From assembly GCF_009914755.1 (NCBI RefSeq), contig NC_060941.1: a DNA stretch of 64,000 bases. One strand, written 5' to 3'. The number at the start of each line of letters is the position of its first letter. The first letter of the stretch is position 1. Origin of the DNA: the human T2T-CHM13v2.0 reference genome, Homo sapiens. The position numbers were made by a program, and so were the translations under genes. Below are positions 33,779-55,548 of this stretch, piece by piece. A model generated the notes under the pieces. It had not been told where the DNA came from, ran no database searches, and saw only the letters and a list, made by a program, of their open reading frames with translations.

Positions 33779-34099
33779 GTGAGAAAGGCGTCCTCTTGGA
33801 GCCAGGGCTGCATTTGCCCCATGCACTTTCATTCTTGGGGTCTATTGATTTCTCTTTTCTGGATTCAAGCTTCAAATATGCAACACTGCAAATCATACAG
33901 AAGTCAGGGTCATTGCTGAAATAAAATCAGAAGATCACCCACCAGGGAGAGAAAGAGCCACTCTGGGCTGTAAAAGGCAGAACTCACAGTCCCAGTTTCA
34001 TGAGGAGGCCTCGTCCCCTCCACTCCGCCTCACCCATCCCCTTATCTTGCCAGAGCAATCTTTCTGAAATACTAGTATGATCCTTCCACAGGGCCCCAC

Positions 34100-34990
<891 letters not shown>

Positions 34991-35049
34991 AAACAAAAAT
35001 AGAATATTCAGCATGTCCAACTTCAAAACCAAAAAAACAAAAATGATAA

Positions 35050-35612
35050 GGGGTGGTGGAGACCAAGGTTTTTTCATGCAGTGAAGCCTCCAGGTAGCAG
35101 GCTTCAGAGAGAATAGATTGTAAGCGTTTCTTATCAGACTTAAAGAGTCTGTCCTGGCCGGGCACGGTGGCTCACGCCTGTAATCCCAACACTTTGGGAG
35201 GCCAAGGCAGGTGGATTACCTGAGGTCAGGAGTTCGAGACTAGCCTGACCAACACAGAGAAACCCCATCTCTACTAAAAATACAAAATTAGCTGGGCATG
35301 GTGGTGCATGCCTGTAATCCCAGCCACTCAGGAGGCTGAGGCAGGAGAATCGCTTGAACCCAGGAGTCAGAGGTTGCAGTGAGCCAAGACCACACTATAG
35401 CACTCCAGCCTGGGCAACAAGAGTGAAAAAAAAAAAAGAGTCTGTCCTATCAGTAATTCCAAAAGAAAGGAGGGTGTAATGAGGCATGTCTGACCCCCCC
35501 TTCCCATCATGGCCTGAACTAGTTTTTCAAGTTAACTTTGGAATGTCCTTTGCTGAGAGAAGGGGTCCATTCAGAATGGCTGGGAGGCTTAGGATTTTAT
35601 TTTTGGTTTTCA
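35050..35612 (-). mobile_element. MER4-family ERV1 LTR fragment split by an Alu
   Basis: Reverse strand reads tgaaaaccaaaaataaaatcctaagcc...ctagttcaggccatgatgggaag, matching the recalled MER4 LTR start. Confidence 0.72.
35156..35437 (+). mobile_element. AluSp-like nested in the MER4-type LTR
   Basis: TSD aaagagtctgtcct. Confidence 0.88.
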
Positions 35613-36032
35613 AGTCTAGTATTGATTATGGAATGAAAGAACTAACAGCATATGCTTTGTGCCTCAGGGGAGGAGAGATAAAGCTAACTAGGCCCTAAAG
35701 AACGAATAAGATGTGCATAATAAAATCAGTAATAGAGAAGAATTAAAAATGAAAAGCAACAGCCCCCAGCACCAGCCCTCCAGATACGCAGTCCCCCTTC
35801 CCAGGCCCTATGCTTTTGTCCATTTCTGAATTTAGTTCCTTTGAGAATTACTTCTCATTTCCTAGTAATAACCTTATATCACCATTTTTGTATTAGCAGT
35901 TTTAGATAAAGTGTCTATTCCTGATATGAAAAACAAGGATTTAGCGTGCACTGTGTTCTGTCTGTGTCGTCTTAGATTCTGTATGTGTCTGTTTGGCACT
36001 GAAGCATCACAGGGCCAAATGCATTAACTATA

Positions 36033-36241
36033 CAGTCTTCCCTCCACATACACGGGGTGGGGACTGGGAGGTATTGGTTCCAGTCCTTGCATATCCCAGT
36101 CCCATCACCGGCCCTGCCATTTGTATATACAGGCTTCACATCTCTCAAATACTGCTGTATTTTCATCTGAGTTTGGTTGAAAAAAATCCATGTGTAAGTG
36201 GACCCACACAATTCAAACCTGTGTTGTTCAAGGGTCGACTG
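36033..36241 (-). mobile_element. MER8 (Tigger-family non-autonomous element)
   Basis: TA|cagtc...gttgttcaagggtcgactg|TA. Confidence 0.75.
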
Positions 36242-36274
36242 TACTCTCTTTTTCTATATTCTTCTAAAACAAAT

Positions 36275-37140
36275 TTTTTAATTGACAAATAATAATTGCA
36301 CATATCAATGAGACACATAGTGAAGTTTCCATTCACATAATACATAGTAGTCAGATCAGGGTGATTAGTATCATGAGCAGCACAAAGTCAGACATAACCA
36401 GATCCACAGACATTTGTGTCTTTCTACAGTATCAGTCTTTTACTGATGCTATTCCAATCATAAAAGCCACAAGCTTTACGGAGGTAATTCTTCTTAGTAT
36501 ATCCCATTTACTCGGTAGTCAGAGCTGTAGGCACACAGGCTCAAGCCATTCCAAAAGTCAGTCGATATTGCAAACCATACATAATGGTATACTAAATCAA
36601 TACAAATGTTACAGATTAAACATTCCACATCAAACGAAGTAACATCTAACATCAAGAGAAAGGGGATAGGAAAATGGGTTAATGAAACAGTCCAAGGGGA
36701 GCAATGTGGACAAAAAGAATCTCCTGTCCTGGTCTGGGCAGTCTTTTAACGAACCACAAGGAAGAGTCTTTGATGTGGGCAGAGCCTTCCGCGGATGCCG
36801 GGTGTTTATCACAATTAACAGCAAGACCAGTGTCTGTCAAGATGGCTGTTCTGAGCCAGTGAAGTCCTCTGGTGAGGACTGATAGTGGGAAAGTGTGCCT
36901 GGTTATGTCCTTATCTGGTTGCATGCAGTCTCTACTGATTAGGCAAACATCTGGTCCCTGTTGGTACGATGCCTTTTAAAATGTAAGATGGAGTCTTTTG
37001 CTAAGATGGAATTACTTATGCTCCATACATTAGCATATCCACGAACTCAAACATTTAATCATTTCCTTGTGTTGGGAACGTTCCATATCCACCTTCTAGC
37101 TACTTGAAACTATATAATATGTTATTGTCAACTATAGTCT
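36275..37140 (-). mobile_element. L1MA 3' fragment split by an LTR insertion
   Basis: aattgacaaataataattg...gatcagggtgattag, resuming at tagcatatcc...cttctagctacttgaaa. Confidence 0.65.
36373..37029 (-). mobile_element. ERV1 solo LTR (MER67-like)
   Basis: Reverse strand starts tgtatggagcataagtaattccatcttagcaaaagactccatcttac. Confidence 0.55.
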
Positions 37141-37663
37141 TGATGCTCTGGCATTTGTGGCCTCACTGATTGGAGAGAGACTGCTGCTCCCAAAGCTAGC
37201 CAGTTCTTAGAGATCACAAAAGGCTCACCTGGGAATATGCCTTTTGTAAGCAAAATAACCATCCAGAGTCCACACTCCCAATCATCCCCTTTATCTAAAT
37301 CACACACCAAGCCAACATCCCCACTGGCCTAAATCAACCCAGGGCCAGGTACCAGACTAGTAAGGACAGTCCCTATGCCCCCAAACCACGAGAGTTACTC
37401 AAATTAGCCGGTCTTGAACTGTCTCCCCTGCCTTGCCTTGTGTTTCTCAGGGAAAACCCCAATAAAGACCCTGGCCTACGATTTCCCCTTGCTCCTTCCT
37501 GCCTCTTGACCAACCTGGTGCTCCCCCATGTGGCTTTGCACATATGGTGCATCCCCTGATCTCAGGAAATGTAAGGAATAAAAATCTTTCAGTGGCATTT
37601 GCCCCTCCATGACATCATCCAGACTCCTCAATCAATGAACATCCCACAGGTACAGATGAGACA
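37141..37663 (+). mobile_element. ERVL LTR (MER54/MER73/MER74 group)
   Basis: ctggcatttgtggcc...gctagccagttcttagagat...cagggccaggtaccagac...caataaag. Confidence 0.55.
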
Positions 37664-37941
37664 CGCTGCTGCCCACCAAGACTCTCCTCGTGCTCCCAAA
37701 TTTTTCAACAGCTGCACTGAGATATAATTCACAAACCATACAATTCACCCATTTAAAGTGTGCAATTCAAAGCATTTTAGGATATTCATAAGGCTATGTG
37801 ACCATCACCATATGCTAATTTTCAAAACTCTTGTTTTGAAACCCTACATCCACTAGCCATTACTTTCCATGGCATCTCACCACCTTCCCAGGCCTAGTCA
37901 GCCATCATTTACTTTCTGTCTCTAAATATTTGCCTATTCTC

Positions 37942-38266
<325 letters not shown>

Positions 38267-39916
38267 TCATATACAATATGCTTTCTTGTGATGAGCTTCT
38301 TTCATTTGGCATAATATTTTCAAGGTTCAAACATGTAGTAGCATGTATCAGAACTACATTCTTTCTTATGGATGGGTAATATTCCATTGTATAGCTGAAC
38401 CACATTTTATCTCTCTATTCATCTGTTGATGGACATTTGGGCTATTTCATCTTTTAGCTGCATAAATGATGCTTCTATGAACATTCATGTAACAAGTTTT
38501 TGTGTGAACATAAGTTTCAATTCTCTTGAGTATATACCTGGGAGTAGAATTGCTGGGTCAGATGGTGACTTTATGTTTAACTCTAAGGAACTGCCAGACT
38601 GTTTTCCAAAACAGATGCACCATTTCACTATCCCAACAGCAATATGCAAATTCCAGTTTCCCCGAGTCTTCACCAACACTTATTATCCATCTTCTGATTA
38701 GAGCCACCATAGTGGGTATGCAGTGGTAGCTCACTGTGGTTTGGATTTGCATTTCCCAAATGATGGTAAGTGTCCTTTTTATGTACCTATTGGGCATTTC
38801 TCCATCTTATTTGGAGAAATGTCTATTCTATTCCAGTTTTTAAAATTAGGTTACTTGTCCTTTTATCGTTGAGTTATAAGAAGAGTTCCTTATAAATTCT
38901 GTATACAAGTTTCTTATCAGATATATGATTTCCAAATATTTTTTCTCATTCTTTGGGTTTTCTATTTGCTTTTTTAATGGTATTCTTTGAAGCAGAAAAT
39001 TTTTATGTTAAAATACAATTTATCTATGTTTTCCTTTGGCCACTTGTATTTTAATACTATATTTATAAAACGATTGCCAACCTAAGGTCACAAAGATTTA
39101 CTCTCCCTTGTTTTCTTCCAAGATTTTTACTTTTTGTTATTACATTTAGGTCTATAATCCACTTTGAGTTAATGTTTCTGTATGTAAGGAAAGGGTCCAA
39201 CTTTGTCCCTTGACACGTAGATATCCAATTGTCCCTGCTCCATTTGTTGAAAAGACTATTCTTTCCCGGTTAAATGATGTTAGAACCCTTGTCAAAAATA
39301 GACCATCATTGTAAGAGCTTATTTCTGGACTATTATTTATATCACATTGATCTATGTATCTATCTGTATGCCAAATAACAGTCTCAATGACTGTAGCTTT
39401 GCAGTATGTTTTGAAATCAGGAAGTATGAGTTCTTCAGCTTTGTTCTTTTCATGATTGTGTTTGCTACTCTGGGTCTCTTATATTTTCTTTTTTGTTGTT
39501 GTTTTCTGTTTGTTTCCCTCATTCTTGCTGTCATCTTATGTTTCATATAATTTTAGAATTGGCTTATAAATTTCTGCAAAAAATAATAAATGTAGCTTGA
39601 ATTTCAGTAAGGACTGCACTGAATATGTAGATAAGATCTAGAGAGTATTACCATCTTAACAATATAAATCTGATCAGTGAACATGGATTGTCTTGCCATT
39701 TATTTAGCTTTCTTTAAGTTCTTTTAACTATGTTTTGTTGTTTTTAGTGTGATTGCTTTTCTTTTATTAAATGTATTCCCAAGACTTTTTTCTTTTAGAT
39801 TCTGTTGTAAATGGAATTGTTTCCTTAATTTCAGTTGCTCTTTACATACTGATCTTCTTCAAACTTGCTGAAACTTTCTTGTTAGTTCTAATAATTCCTT
39901 CTAGTGAATTTCTTAG

Positions 39917-40251
<335 letters not shown>

Positions 40252-40773
40252 ATCCTCATATGTTCTTATTTCTTTTTGCCTAATTACCCTGGCTAGAATT
40301 TCCAGTACACTGTTAGGTAGAAATAGCAAGTTCAGACATCCTTGTCTTGTTTGTGATCTAAGGGGAAAAAAATCAGTCTTCATCATTAAGTATGATGTCA
40401 GCAGTGGATTTTTTGTAGATATCCTTTATTGGATTGAGAAAGTTGCCTTTTATTCCTAGTTTGTTGAGTTCTGTTTTATTGTGAAAAGTTGTTGGGTTTT
40501 GTCAAATGCTTTTTCTGCATATATTGTAGTAATAAGATAGTTGTTTCTTTATTCTATTAATATTGTATATTATATTATTGATTTTTAGAAGTTAAACCAA
40601 CCTTGCATTCCTAGGATCTCAGTCAGTCCTGGTGTACTAGTGTATAATTCTTTTTATGTATTACTGGACTCAATTTGCTAACATTTTGTTGAGAATATTT
40701 ACATGTATATTCACAAGGTATATTGACCTGTTGTTTTCTTTCTTTGCAATGTCCTTGTCTGTTTTCAGTATCA

Positions 40774-41161
<388 letters not shown>

Positions 41162-41466
41162 TTAGTATTAATTCTCATGAATGTTTGGTAGAATTCAGTG
41201 ATGAAGCCATCTGGGCCTGAGTTTTTTTGAGTAAGAAGTTTTTAAATTATTAGTTCAATTTATCTTTACTAGTTATATATTTACTCAAAGTTTTTATTTC
41301 TCTTTGAGTCACTTACCATAATTTATTTCTTTCTAAGACTTTGTCCATTTCATCTAAGTTATATAACTTGTTGATAAACACCTCCTTAATTTTGATATCT
41401 ATATTAAAGTGTTTAGATCATCTGTTGGGTATGTTATAACTAAATGCTATTAGAAAAACAATTTAT

Positions 41467-41789
<323 letters not shown>

Positions 41790-42879
41790 TCATATTCCAC
41801 AAGTTTTAGATAATTCTTTTGACTTCTTTCTAGGTAAGCTAAAGCTTCCATTTCTCATCTTGTGTCAGCTATGTCTTTGTTTTTGCATAGTCAAGAATGA
41901 ATGCATATTCATTCTACTCTGTTACTATCATTAATTTCATGCATGCCTAGTTTATGGGTTAATTTTTAAGTTGAAAGCCAATAAACAGCACATATATTCT
42001 AATATATGTAAATATATCATTCACTGCAAAGGCAAGTAATGTCTAGGATTACACTTCCTTCTTTTTGATCAAATGTCATAATCTTTAGGGGGTCTCTAAA
42101 AGAAGAATGTTCTTAGCACAGAGGTTCAAAACATGTCAAATTTCAGTTTGCTTTATAGGTGATGATAATTTTTGTAGCTTTTAGTTTTCTTTGGAGTTGC
42201 AAGTTGCCTTTTATTTATCTCAGGAGAAGAAGTAAATGCTTCACTTATCATTGTCACTACCTTTTTATTCGTTCTCTATATTGGAAAGACTGCACTTTAT
42301 TCTTCTTGAAGATACTCTCCCTGGAGCTCACTGACATCTTCTTCTAATATAAATAAATTGTATTTCAGCCTTCTAGGAAGCTATCATCCTGGGACCTATT
42401 TTCTTTATATTCTAAATTAGTTCTACTGTCTTTATATCCCATGTCTTTTATTTTCAATTCTCCATCCTTACTTTGCTGGCATAAATTATCAGAAAAGACT
42501 CATGAGAAGTAAAAATTTGGAATCCTTGGGTGTCTAAAAATGCTTCAGTTTTGCTTATATAGCAGTTTGATAGTTTTTCAAGGTCCAAAATGGTTTTTAT
42601 CAGAACTTTGGATACATGATTCTATTATCTTCTAGAAGCCAGTTTTGTTCATGAGATATCATATGCCAGTGAAATTATATTCTTTCTTTGTTTCTTTGTC
42701 GGTGACCTGTTTTTATTCCCCGAAAACTTTAGAATAATCTCTCTACCTTGTGTTCTGAAATTTCATAAGCTGTGCCTAGTTGTGGGTCCTTTTCATTCAT
42801 CTGCTGAGCAGTCAGCCTGTCATTTCAAGTGGAAGAGTCACTAAAACTTTTGAGCTCTAAAAATTTTTCTGTTATATTT

Positions 42880-43980
<1,101 letters not shown>

Positions 43981-44937
43981 TGTTAGCAGAACTGTTATCA
44001 GAGCTAAGTTATTCCTGACTTTCACACTTTATAGTCTGTGTTCCTTCTGTCCCCTGGAGGCTTTGTTCCTTTTATACAGATAAATTTAGTTTCCTCATTT
44101 TTATTCAGTATTTTCCCCTTTGGAAGCTTTCATATACCCTGTTTATGAGCAATTTCCTATTGTTCTTAGCCAATTGACCTCCAACTACTCCATCACGTAG
44201 TTTGCAGCTTCCTGTCATCTCAGGCAAACTGACCCCTCCCTGATCTATATGGGTTGTTTGTCTCAGAATACGTTATCTCAGCCCTGCCCTTGGCTTAATC
44301 TTAATGGATATTTTCTTACCAGAAGCAATATTGCTGTTCATCAACTAGAGATTACTTAGGCACCTGTGCCTCTCTCTCTCTTCCTTCCTCCCTGCCTTCT
44401 TGGTGCTTTGATTTATTTTCTAATTCACCCATTTAGGACATATATTCTGGTGACATCCACATTTCCCACATCTTGAATCTAATCAGCTTGCCTGATGGGC
44501 TCCTAGTCTCAAGTCTGGAATCCACATGGCTGATCTAAACATTTTCCCCATGTCCCCAAGCCCCAGTTTATTAAGTAAACTTACTGTTTTATTGCTTGTG
44601 CAGAGTCTGTGTATCACACAGTTCACTGTCTTCCTCCGTTTAGACTCTTAAAAAGCTTGGAATCATTTCTCCTCTTTGGGTATTTGATTTAAATTCTTTA
44701 CTCCTTCATTTACGTATTCTTTTGCTTCAACAAGGCAGTTCTTAATATCAGGTAGAGTTTTAAAACCCCTAGATTCAGATTCAAGATTTGTTCCTTGGTC
44801 CTTCCTCCACCCCCGAAAAATGCACATACCCACAGACACACAACATTCTGTATACGATTTTGAGCATTTCTTCAGTCCCTGAAGTTTATCCATTGGCCAA
44901 TTAATAATTAATAATTCCCTTGATTAGGAATCTATAA

Positions 44938-45652
<715 letters not shown>

Positions 45653-45940
45653 TGAAGATAAAAACAAAATGTCAGATGTGAAAAGGCTTTGAAAAGCCGA
45701 GAGTACAGTAGCATTGCATGGCGTTACGATGAGGATGGTGCATCTGTTCTTTGGGGCAGCTCAGTTTGCCCTTCCTTCACATCTTTTTGTCACATCCTCT
45801 CAAAGAACAGTCTCCTCCTTGGCCCTCCCCTTCTTGCCCTGATGCCGGCATCTTCTCTGGTCTTTCTTTCACTTGTCTGCAGCATCATCTTGCTTGGTCT
45901 CCATCCTTCTTTGCCCAATTACCTGGCTTTAACAAAATGA

Positions 45941-46502
<562 letters not shown>

Positions 46503-46675
46503 CTCTTTTCTTTAAAAGGCAAGTAAAAGATAGATAAGCTGAGGCAAGTACAGTCTTTAGAGAGAGGATTCAGGATTCATGGAGTATTGTTTTTTTGTGG
46601 TGAGCGAAACTGATTTGTGCATGTGCTGGGGAGCAGAAGAGTGAATAGAGACAAAGGTTAAAGATACAAAAAGAG

Positions 46676-46982
<307 letters not shown>

Positions 46983-47185
46983 TAAAAAGATACAAAAAGA
47001 GATGGGATTTAAATGACAGTTAAAGTGACAGGCAGGAAGGGAGGAGGACATCTTTTTCATTGACAGGGCAGTGTACAGAAATGCAGACAAAATGGCAGTA
47101 ATGGAGGCGTGTCCACCAGAGGGCATGTTTTTTCAGGGAATTAAGACAGTAGAGCAAACTGCTGAGCATAAGAAAAGGGGTTCAT

Positions 47186-47592
<407 letters not shown>

Positions 47593-48003
47593 TCACAAGC
47601 TGGTGATGGTGCCAATTCACCAAACATGTGAATTATTCCTTTTATTAATACTTAAACTCAGAGTTGGGGTCTTAGAAAGTTGAGTAGTAAGTGCGGAAGT
47701 AGAAGGAGGCAATGGAGTTGAGGACTTGGGCTCAAATTAAGGATTATTGGGTCCATATTAAAATAAGAGGAGGTAAAGCTGAAATTAGAAAAAAACGAAG
47801 GGACCAAAGGACTCAACATTTCACTGAAGTAGAAAAATAGGTGGGGAAGAAATAAGAAGGTAAAAAAATTTAGGAAGTAGGAAGTGAAATTCATGAGTGG
47901 ACATGGAAGAATCATGTTTCAGACACAGGACAGATCTCCATGATGGGAGAGCCCTGGGTGTGGCCACTGGGAATCGGCAGCAGAAATGAAATGGAGCTAA
48001 GTT

Positions 48004-48283
48004 CTTTCTTTTTTTTTTTTTTTTGAGACAGAGTTTCGCTCTTGTCGCCCAGGCTGGAGTGTGCAATGGCACAATCTCAGCTCACCACAACCTCTGCCTC
48101 CCAGGTTCAAGCGATTCTCCTGCCTCAGCCCCCTGAGTAGCTGGGATTACAGGCATGTGTCACCATGCCTGGCTAATTTTGTATTTTTAGTAGAAAAGGG
48201 GTTTCTCCATGTTGGTGAGGCTGGCCTTGAACTCCCGACCTCAGGTGATCCACCTGCCTCAGCCTCCAAAAGTGCTGGGATTA
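48004..48283 (-). mobile_element. AluSp-like, missing ~20 nt at its 5' end
   Basis: gtttctccatgttggt and gaactcccgacc; TSD tggag(c/t)taag(t/c)tcttt. Confidence 0.87.
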
Positions 48284-48295
48284 TGGTTGGAGTTA

Positions 48296-48661
<366 letters not shown>

Positions 48662-48728
48662 TCATCCATAGTGACATTAGAGTTTACCAAGATGATGATG
48701 AAACAGGAACCAAGTTCCAAAGCCCCTA

Positions 48729-49277
<549 letters not shown>

Positions 49278-51024
49278 CTAGAAAAAATGTTCCCCTTCCA
49301 ACGCCAATGCCATAGGGGTATGGAACTAGGGAGAGGACTGTAGGAGTTGTGATGTCCTCAGAGAGACTAGAGGTCAGTGACGCACACCGTAAAGATGTTA
49401 AAAGAGGTTGACAGTGGGGCATAGTTCCAGGTGACACCACCATATGTAGAGCTGGAAGGAAAGTCAGAAAAGGAGAGATGAGTCACAAGCAGTAGGGGTG
49501 GAGGCATGGAAGCACCAGCATACAACAATCTGAAGGTGAAATCCTGAGACACTGGAGGGACTTGCTCAAGGCCCAATAAGCCATCTGAGAGCCTCACAGT
49601 TGCAAAGGGAAAGACCTCGCAAGGTTACCTCCGCACCCATGAGGCTCACATGGGATGCGGCCACCTTTGGCTGAGTGTTCAGTTAGTGAGAATCCCATCC
49701 ATTTTTCCCCTTCTCAATGTTTCCAAGATCCATTTCTTTCTTCTCCGCCTCATTGTCATGCCTCAAGCCCAGATTAATGCAGACTGATCCCAGCCGGGCT
49801 CTGCAGTGCTAAACTTTGCCCGTGATGATCCCTCCAGTCTGGAATTTTCAAACTAATCTTTATTAAATAACCTCTTTGCCCATATCCTTCTGTTGCTAAT
49901 AAACAAAATAAACAGGCCCTTTTGTGAGCAGAAATGTCACAGAAGACATCTAAAAGTCCCAACACTTTTTATCCTGGTATTTTCTCTGGAATGAATTGTT
50001 TATCTCCCCACTTCCAAAGCTGACATCAAATGTTTTGCCAACTAAGATTTATAATTTAATAACGGTGTTTCTTGGGTTCATCTCAGTTAAGTCTCCAATA
50101 TCTATTTCTTACTACAAAAAGTCATCATCTTGCGTTGTCCTGTACATTTCAATGACAGTCTATACATTGTTTATATTTAAAAGAAATATTCAATATGAAC
50201 ACTTGTTTCCAAAAATTTTCTTGCAGAAGTATCAAACTACATCTTCACTTTTAGTTCCTCTGAAACTAAATTTTTTTTAAGTATGGATTTTTATTATTTC
50301 TTTTTCGATTTCTCCCCTTTTGTCTACTTCACCTTGCTAGAAAAATCACTTAATGATTCCTTCATGGTATTATACATTTTTATGATCCTTTTATCTAAAG
50401 AATATTATGTAATTTCTCTACACTTTATTGGATTGTGCTAAGAGCTAATGTTCTCTATATTAGGGTCATTTCTTTGTGTTGTTTCCCTTGGGCGTGGAGA
50501 GCAGCTGAAGCCCACTGGTCTTGCTTCAGTGGTATGGCTGCCACATTTGTGTGTGTGGTCATTCTCTTAATCCATCTGCAACACCAGCAACCCTTATATA
50601 CATCCAACAGAAAATTCACACCTACACAACTAAACAGCTTCATGTCTTGCCCCTCTTCACTCTAATTCGTGCAAAATGATGAGATAACTCTTTTCTATGT
50701 GTTGGGAATGATAGGAGAGGAGGTTAATAGGGCATAAAGTACAGGAAGCCAGAACTACCTGAATCCTGCCCCTACTGGCCACACCTCCCAGTAAAGTTCC
50801 AGAGAAGACACAATATTTATTCAGAGGACAAGGCAAGCCACAAAGGACCACACCCATATGCTTGCTACTCTCTCACCCTTCTCTCATCAGCACTCCCTAG
50901 AATGGTGGACCCATATCTGGTCTGCAGATAAGACACATAAAGAATAGCATCAGCAATCCTACCCCTCTTTGGGAATTAAGTGAAGAGGGAAGAGTGAAGT
51001 GATTTTGGTCTGAACAAGTGCTTC

Positions 51025-51584
<560 letters not shown>

Positions 51585-51787
51585 CAAGTGCTTCCTTTTA
51601 TATGACAATAAAAAGCTGGAAGAAGTAGCCCCCTGTGAAGGAAAAGGGTCAGTATATGAGGTTTCGGTTATAGATTTGGGCATGCCCGTGTTTGAGGGGT
51701 GATCTGAGCGTGTGCATTTCCTTATGAACATCAAACATCCATCATTAGACACAAGAAATAATAATGACGCCTCCATCCTCCTTTTAG

Positions 51788-51915
51788 GAAGAAAACTTGG
51801 ATACACCTTCAACAATCAGAACTTTCACAACGTGTCTTTGGGGCAAGGACAGGAAGTGGTGGCTGAGGCTGCGCTGGACCTCGCTGCCAAGAAAGGTCAC
51901 TGGGTTATTTTGCAG
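51788..51915 (+). CDS. DNAH9: DNAH9 exon J (128 nt): [26 protein letters not shown]...GHWVILQ (AAA6)
   Basis: Acceptor ccttttag|ga, donor cag|gtatgt; SLGQGQ and G-WV-LQ motifs; phase 1 matches exon I across an 18-kb intron. Confidence 0.94.
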
Positions 51916-52550
51916 GTATGTTCCTCTACCCTTGTCTGGGTTATCTTGACCCATACTTGCCTCATCCCACACTCACTGGGCATCTCCATCCACTCTTAGC
52001 TTCTCCCCATCTGTCCTTTCACACTCTTGTCCCCTTCATTTCTTCATCTTCTCTCTTTCCAGTTCTCCTCACTCATATGTTCTCTTCCCCAGACCACGTC
52101 CAGGAACAATCCTTCTCCCCTCACCTGCTCTGTCACTCTCTCTAGTTTAAATAGCTCTACTTATAAAAGAAACAGATTCCCACTCTAATAGGCGTTCAGG
52201 AAGTTAGCATTTACGTTGAAGGCCCTGGCAGCTGGATGCTTTCAACAGCTGGTTTCTTCCTGTGAATTTCATGGCACGTTCCTCTGCTGTGCCTTTCTTT
52301 TGGGCTGTGTGTCATATGCTCTTCGTCACGGGCATGACTAGGATATGGGAGCAACCTTAGCCTCTTCACTGAGAGCTCATGTTGGTGTTTGGAATCTGGA
52401 ACCCCTACTACTGATAATTTGACTGAACAGTTACAAGGAAAAAAAGGCTACCTCTCTTCTATCAGAAAAGAGAGTTAAATTAAAGAATTTAGCCCTCTCT
52501 ATTAACCCCTATTAAATTTTATTTAACCCCTATTAAATTATTTCATTTAA

Positions 52551-52897
<347 letters not shown>

Positions 52898-54217
52898 TAA
52901 CTACTACTAACTCTTACATAGCATTTCACAGTAGACAAAACCTTTTCAAATCCATCTCTCAGGGCCGGCCTGCCTAATCCTCTTTTATGCCACTTGTATA
53001 CATGCTGGAGTTGTGGCAGAATGCATAGCTTGCTCCTCTTTTCTCCTAGAACATTTTGAAATCTTCTATTAGAGCTCCATTGCTACGTTGACATGGTTTA
53101 TTTTATGACTGTATTCTCCACCAAATTTTTTAGGTAAAGAGATGTTCCTTCTTTACCTTTTATCACCCAGCCCACTGCCTTGAACATAGCAGACACTGAA
53201 ACAAAAGGCCGGTGGGTCAAGGAATCCATGAAGAAATTAAAGAAAGAATAAATGCAAAAGCCAGTCACTCCCATTCTTCCCGGCTTTCACTACCATGAAC
53301 CTCCCCCATCTCCTGATTACTGGTGACATCACATCTTGCTGCTGGGTCTTTGTCCTTAATTATTCAGTTATTTATTTGGAGCCTAGCAACTGAGAGATCT
53401 GCCCCTCCCAGGGCCTCCTTTTCCAGAAACATCAGGAAGTTCAGGAGAAAAGATAATAACAGCTGAGTTTCCTCCTTCCTCCCTCATGGGTCAGCACAGT
53501 GCTTGAAGGTATGACCTCCCCACCCCCTCAGGCACATTTGCCAAGAGACTTCTCCGGACGCCAGTGCTGGGAACCCAGGCACTTGTCATGGACATCAGAG
53601 TCTGTTTCTGAAACTGTGGTGCCGCCTCTGCTGCCCCCGTTGTCCCCCAGCATCTATTGGCCATGCAGGGCATCAAAATCTTGTGCTGATGTGGTTGCTC
53701 AGAGCTCTCCAACACTGAACTCAATATTCCATCTTTATTTCCTGGTGACTGGACATTTCCAAAGGAAAATTGTGCCAAATAATCTGGATGCCTGCCTTTC
53801 CCCCTGAATAAAGCATTGGAGTATTGAATAGACGTAATCTGTCCACACTGTAAAGTGCTCACAGAAACAAAAGATCCTTACTGGTTTGTGAAATCTCTTG
53901 TAGGAATCACAGCTATCTGGTTCTAAGAATTTCCTGATGTACTGAACTAGACTGGACCAGAATCCTACCCAGCAATGTTTCCCAGCCTGTAAACCTGAGA
54001 GATTCTCTGAAAAAAAAAAAAAAAAAAAAAAAAAAGCTGGGGGGGGAGGAATACACTTAACAAATTCCTATTTCAAATGTTGGAAAATACTACATACAAA
54101 TTCCTTTTAAGGATATTTTCAATGATATCAATAGGCTAATGGTTCTGAGAATCCTTTGGTATAGAAATCTTATTCCATCCAGTATTTCCCAAATTCCGTT
54201 GAACACAGGCCTTCTTT

Positions 54218-55548
54218 TTTTTTCTTCAACTTTTATTTTAAGTTCTGGGGTACATGTGCAGGATGTGCAGGTTTGTTCCATAGGTAAACATATGCCATGG
54301 TGGTTTGCTGTACAGATCAACCCATCACCTAGGTATTAAGCCCAGCATCCATTAGCTGTTCTTCCTGATGCTCTCCCTCTCCCCCTATTCCACAACAGGC
54401 CTCAGTGTGTTTGTTCCCCGCCCCGTGTGTCCATGTGTTCTCATTGTTCAGCTCCCACTTATAAGTGAGAACATGCAGTGTTTGGTTTTCTGTTCCCGCT
54501 TTAGTTTGCTGAGGGTAACGGCTTCCAGCTCCATTCATTTCCCTGCAAAGGACATGATCTCGTTCCTTTTTATGGCTGCATAGTATTCCATGGTGTATAT
54601 GTACCACATTTTCTTTATCTAGTCTATCATTGATGAGCAGTTGGGTTGATTCCAAGTCTTTGCTATTGTGAATAGTGCTGCTGTGAACATATGCATGCAT
54701 GTATCTTTATAATAAAATGATTTATATTCCTTTGGGCTTATACCCAGTAATAGGATTGGTGGATCAAATGGTATTTCTGCTTCTGTATCTTTGAGGAATT
54801 GCTACACTGTCTTCCACAACGGTTGAACTAATTTACACTCCCACCAACAGCATAAAAGGGTTCCTTTTTCTCCAAAACCTCACCAGCATCTGTTGTTTCT
54901 TGACTTTTTAATAATCGGCATTCTGACTGGCGTGAGATGGTATCTCATTGTGGTTCTGATTTGCATTTCTCTAATGATCAACGATGTTGAGCTTCTTTTC
55001 ATATGTTTGTTGGCCACAATGAATATCTTCTTTTGAGAAGTGTCAGTTCATGTTCTTTGCCCATTTTTTAATGAGGTTGTTTGTTTTTTTGCTTGTAAAT
55101 TTGTTTAAGTTCCTTGTAGACTCAGGATATTAGACTTGTGTCAGGTCTAATTGCAAAAATTTTCTCCCATTCCATAAGTTGTCTTTTCACTCTGATGATA
55201 GTTTATTTTCCTGGGAAGAAGCTCTTTAGTTTAATCAGATCCCACTTGTTAATTTTTGCTTTTGTTGCAATTGCTTTTAGCATTTTTGTCATAAAATCTT
55301 TGCCCATGCCTATGTCCTGACTGATATTGCTAGATTTTCTTCTAGGGTTCTTATAGTTTTGGATTTTATGTTTAAGTCTTTAATCTGTGTTGAGTTAATT
55401 TTTTATAAGGTATAAGGAAGGAGTCTAGTTTCATTTGTTTGCATATGGCTAGCCAGTTCTCCCAGCACCATTTATTAAATAGGGAATCCTTTCGCCATTG
55501 CTTGTTTTTGTCAGGTTTGTCGAAGATCTGATGGTTGTAGGTGTGCAG
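54218..55548 (-). mobile_element. 5'-truncated older L1PA (~1.3 kb)
   Basis: Antisense 3'UTR and ORF2 end ([17 protein letters not shown]); 17-bp TSD gaacacag(g/a)ccttcttt at 54201 and 55549. Confidence 0.9.
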